A stretch of 47,258 nucleotides of DNA from an uncultured Verrucomicrobiota bacterium (GTDB taxonomy: Bacteria > Verrucomicrobiota > Kiritimatiellia > CAIQIC01 > Lenti-01): the NCBI GenBank assembly GCA_964567795.1, contig CAZMOR010000043.1, forward strand, positions 1 to 47,258, read 5' to 3'. The notes beneath the pieces were generated by a model. That model did not search any database and had not been told where the DNA came from. It worked only from the letters and a program-made list of their open reading frames with translations. Position 1 is the first letter of the stretch, and each line of letters starts with the position of its first letter. Shown here one piece after another: positions 46,101-47,258 of this stretch. The translations under genes and the position numbers were made by a program.

Positions 46101-46585
46101 ACATCGAGCTGCTCTTTTCCCGCAATCCGTTCCTGCAGGAGGGCGCGGCGCAGTTCTCCTACATCCGGCCCCTGTTGAGCCGCACCGTCGACCTGCCGGC
46201 CGGGCAGAACCCGTACACGGTCGATCTGCCGGCGGAATTCAAGACCCGCAACGTGATGGTCGAGGCGCTCGGCGCCGGCCTGCGCGCCACGCAGGCCTAT
46301 TACGCCAACACGCTGAAGGTGCAGGTCATCGAAACCTACGGCCAGCTGGTGGTCACCCATGCGACCACGCAAAAGCCCGTGCCCGGCGCCTACGTGAAGG
46401 TCTACGCCAGCCTGCCCAACGGCGAAGTCAAATTCGTGAAGGACGGCTACACCGACCTGCGCGGCCGCTTCGACTACGCCTCGCTCAACACCAACGAAAT
46501 CGACGATGCCGTCCGGCTCGCCATGCTCATTCTCAGCAGCGACTTCGGCGCCGTCGTCCGCGAGGCCGACCCGCCCAAGCGCTGA
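40127..46585 (+). CDS. Giant (2152 aa) secreted protein of unknown function with mixed helical-repeat and beta-sandwich regions
   Basis: The ATG at 40127 lies 9 nt after AGGAG. Signal peptide: MKKWTAFAAAALFAAGAAAQ. Composition is balanced (K, N, Y, F, W present) and C3 codon bias is strong in this frame. Beta-sandwich-like stretches include YVIELIGNGKSSRALVQKG, TVYDEDNRLLADA..GRLLIPYS and the C-terminal YVKVYASLPNGEVKFVKDGYTDLRGRFDY. No catalytic or thioester motif recognised. Confidence 0.8.
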   Translation: MKKWTAFAAAALFAAGAAAQEIGYIEEYALASNRVEALRDLVPGTDDYFYFHALQAQNSGQRAEFKEILDRWLRERSGTTPDPARELLNRQALLDYNQDPDLTLAYLRDQLRPYLGHARKTGERHSTAPSTLDPRLIATDTLLQRALANDPPSLLRIEDEGLGVVAGAALAAGPAFSGEDLAQALAGDRSRFEPVQNLRQKLAPGQPLTGEQRRNLLSRLTRPDYPGLVDLILADLDYRDSRGFGHHNIHRLLTLAQMDELLQKRPALRNQTVFVNAYLAKLAPEDEADLDSDLAARQAYFDRLWAFVKTLDPVHNSLKANVLYGRLLLDRQQGVYDETRFREYVQLPRDVYYLADDVRQALPRSDQMARLGQSFGLPMLPPVGNEEPLVCDFLLHFFAAAPDYQAYLPWIRDDFLKRLFAEAKITSGAGTPEQWSSLLSPDDYRRLMERVDIDFAPDNPVVFGPGDAVQLQAFVKNVPNLIVKVYEINTLNYYRETGRPLDLALNLDGLVASAERRVAYSDSPERRTLRTFDFPELKNRGAYVIELIGNGKSSRALVQKGRLNVLQEATAAGQAFTVYDEDNRLLADASAWLGGREFTPDAKGRLLIPYSTDPGREALVVHANGFATLVRFDHQEESYTLQAGFYLDREALLRREKAQLAVRPVLLVNGRPASLKLLEEPRLVIRATDLQGVATEKEITGLALQENAETIQEFSVPENLVSVSVALKAKVQNISRNEKQDLASSAGFRLNEIDRGPAVQDLHVSRTVAGYLVELRGKNGELRPGEPLSCWFKHRWFRDEVEIELQTDAQGRAVLGPLPDIASFRIREPMGTEHTWATAADACSLPDDLNGRAGETLRLPAAFPGAGQPAAVSLLERRQGQFVKDWQSAVAITNGFIELANLPAGNYSLFIKPLAREILVHVTAGTEGNGYILSARRALERPRLAPLQVQDVTASQDAVEIRLANATPFTRVHVLATRYLPDYDLFARLGSTGAPGLLQQLWQPARSFYESGRDIGDEYRYILDRQTAKKFPGNMLDRPGLLLNPWELHDTEAEAETLADQGQYASQAMPAPSAAMAEYGGAAGGSGTQEGFADLDFLQQPAVTLWNQVPDKNGVVRIPRAALQGHPDLRILATDPVSSALRHVALEDSPVATRELRQVAGLDPAKTYAEQKIITPLPAQAGLTIADATTARFETCDTLAKAYRLLATLSEDPLIEEFSFITTWPSLDAKEQRRLYSKYACHELNFFLHEKDPKFFREVVAPYLKNKKDKTFMDHWLLEDDLAEYLEPARFERLNAVERILLGQRIPAQTASLVRDARDRADLLPPDIDEFNRRFDTALQSGGLDLGGGMQAAIGGLSRLMDQKRSASLADMVLMGDGKAVGLEAAPAPDADMMMAADAVSPIVMKGLAPGLMANRAGARRAEPVSEAELDEFRSAPEAPAFLNSFFDRESGAREQAQRRFFQKLDQTKELAENNYYHLPLEQQDADLVPASAFWADYAARDSQQPFLSPHFMDATRSFTEMMLALAVLDLPFEAGAHAEQLDGLQYKLSAASPLVVFHREILAAEKADEPGTVLVAQHFFRADDRYRYENNERYDKYVTDEFLPHVVYGAQVLLTNPTGNRQNLQVLLQIPMGALPVSSGFYTRGIHVALDPHATQTIEYFFYFPTAGTYPHYPVTLAQNDRVTGGAAPFTFRVVEQLSHIDKTSWAWISQNGTPEEVLAFLDQANLLRLDLNEIAWRMKDKEFFKKTTALLQARHVYQDTLWAYGLLHNDPDTLRTWLEHSPIADQCGLYLVSPLLVLDPVARLDYQHLEYAPLVNPRAHTVGAKRKILNSRFREQYQQFLKVLSYKATLADADKLAVAYYLTLQDRVEEALDWYARVDRRAVPEQLQCDYLEVYLAFYRGDTATARRLAQPHAEDPVDRWRSRFELALAQLDEIENGAAAAVADPENRDQVQGALAATEPALDLQVEAGRIRLDTRNLKSCTLNFYPMDIELLFSRNPFLQEGAAQFSYIRPLLSRTVDLPAGQNPYTVDLPAEFKTRNVMVEALGAGLRATQAYYANTLKVQVIETYGQLVVTHATTQKPVPGAYVKVYASLPNGEVKFVKDGYTDLRGRFDYASLNTNEIDDAVRLAMLILSSDFGAVVREADPPKR

Positions 46586-46656
46586 ACCTGGCGCACCTCG
46601 CGGTTCCGTCGGCTCAGGAATGAAAATCCGCCCCGGTGTATTTGGGGATTTGTTGT

Positions 46657-46689
46657 AGCTGCGCCCGTTGGGCGCGGAGCTTTTGATTT
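46657..46689 (+). terminator. Candidate intrinsic terminator of the giant gene
   Basis: The stem is AGCT-GCGCCC / GGGCGC-(gg)-AGCT with loop GTT (46657-46681), followed by TTTgaTTT. Confidence 0.45.
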
Positions 46690-46715
46690 AAAGGCCGGCC
46701 CCGGCGGGACCGGCC
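46688..46715 (-). terminator. Candidate intrinsic terminator of ugd (convergent)
   Basis: The stem is GGCCGG-c-CCC / GGG-a-CCGGCC (46693-46715). On the minus strand it is followed by TTTAAATCAAAA, which is a weak U-tract. Confidence 0.3.
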
Positions 46716-46735
46716 AGGAAAAATCGGAATCCGCT

Positions 46736-47258
46736 CTAGTTGCGGCCGACGCTGTGGTAGGTGAAGCCCAGCGCGCGGATCTTTTCCGGATCGAAGATGT
46801 TGCGGCCGTCCACGATCACGGGGCAGGCCATCACGTCCTTCAGCTTCTTCAGGTCGATCTTCTTCACCGCGTCCCATTCCGTCAGGATCAGGACCAAGTC
46901 CGCATCCTTGGCGCATTCATAGAGATCCTGCACGCATTCGAGCTCGGGATGGATCTCCTTGAACTTGCCTTCGGCGACGGGGTCCCACGCGCGCAGCTTG
47001 GCTTTCATCTCCTCCAGCTTCGGCACGAAGTAGAGGCTCGGGGCTTCGCGGACGTCGTCCGTCTCGGGCTTGAAGGCCAGGCCGAAGAGGGCGATGCGCT
47101 TGTCCTGCACCACCCAGAGCTCCTGCTTGATCTTCTTCATCACGTATTCGCGCTGGGTCTTGTTGATCGCCTGGACTTCCTTCAGCAGCTTGAATTCGTG
47201 GCCGAGGGCGTCGGCCAGGCGCACGAAGGCGTCCACGTCCTTCGGGAAGCACGAGCCG
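46736..47258 (-). CDS. ugd: UDP-glucose 6-dehydrogenase, C-terminal part (5' end beyond the right window edge)
   Basis: KRIALFGLAFKPETDDVREAPSLYFVPKL...DADLVLILTEWDAVKKIDL...PVIVDGRNIFDP is the UDP-glucose/GDP-mannose dehydrogenase C-terminal domain. The frame is open to the window end. Confidence 0.85.
   Translation of the reverse strand, partial: GSCFPKDVDAFVRLADALGHEFKLLKEVQAINKTQREYVMKKIKQELWVVQDKRIALFGLAFKPETDDVREAPSLYFVPKLEEMKAKLRAWDPVAEGKFKEIHPELECVQDLYECAKDADLVLILTEWDAVKKIDLKKLKDVMACPVIVDGRNIFDPEKIRALGFTYHSVGRN

Noticed and set aside
39419-46372. 2317-aa ORF on the minus strand, the longest ORF in the window
   Set aside because: It is antisense to the 2152-aa plus-strand gene. Its translation is low-complexity (G/A/V/E/D/R/L-rich with no K/N/Y/W balance). 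It has no signal, RBS or recognisable domain. Its 5' part would run through three plus-strand features. The plus frame has the C3 codon bias, a signal peptide and an RBS. It is a stop-free shadow of extreme GC3.
40127-46585. Giant protein as a thioester-containing alpha-2-macroglobulin or lipoprotein
   Set aside because: By eye I found no CxEQ thioester motif and no lipobox cysteine after the signal peptide. I kept only a vague beta-sandwich resemblance as a hypothesis.

Overview
High-GC window (about two-thirds G+C by eye) that is almost fully coding. I found no rRNA, tRNA, CRISPR array, transposase or integrase. The gene content suggests a PVC-type bacterium (Kiritimatiellota, Verrucomicrobiota or Lentisphaerota), based on lone pseudopilin operons, InlB-B-repeat/malectin exoproteins and weak Shine-Dalgarno usage. 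That taxon call is inference only.

Layout:
(1) 1-3.2 kb, plus strand: the tail of an upstream gene and a LamG+CotH-kinase-like secreted protein.
(2) 3.2-23.8 kb, minus strand: one very long glycan-assembly operon of about 20 genes, apparently driven by a sigma70-like promoter and palindromic operator at 23.83-23.88 kb. The order is GbsR/MarR-like regulator, a RarA/MgsA C-terminal-domain-only protein, wzm, wzt (with a Wzt_C-like tail), an AEP Prim-Pol protein, then GT2/GT4 glycosyltransferases, three large polytopic membrane proteins and a GT2+DUF2304-like pair. Ten gene junctions are 4-nt ATGA/GTGA overlaps.
(3) 24.0-27.3 kb, minus strand: a 1124-aa secreted protein with SGNH esterase, BACON-like, 2x InlB-B-repeat, malectin, Calx-beta-like, malectin and discoidin domains. 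It contains a recent intragenic duplication.
(4) 27.6-30.5 kb, plus strand: two proteins of unknown function.
(5) 30.5-36.2 kb, minus strand: gspG-H-I-J-K pseudopilins followed by a polyprenyl-phosphate GT2 and a PMT/ArnT-like GT-C. A four-unit 31-bp palindrome-bearing repeat array sits at the gspJ/gspK junction.
(6) 36.4-39.8 kb, plus strand: Na/Pi cotransporter-PhoU, mgtC, a small zinc-ribbon protein and a small lower-GC membrane protein.
(7) 40.1-46.6 kb, plus strand: a 2152-aa secreted protein of unknown function.
(8) 46.7 kb to the window end, minus strand: the 3' part of a UDP-glucose 6-dehydrogenase gene.

The items I consider most worth follow-up are: the replication-type domains (Prim-Pol and RarA_C-only) embedded in the Wzm/Wzt operon; the TTTTCCA-N5-TGGAAAA repeat array in the pseudopilin operon; the pseudopilin/protein-O-mannosylation-like gene pairing; and the giant secreted protein.

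Many very long ORFs in the six-frame track are antisense or alternate-frame artefacts of the GC3 bias, and I rejected them. All family assignments rest on motif recognition by eye. No searches were run.
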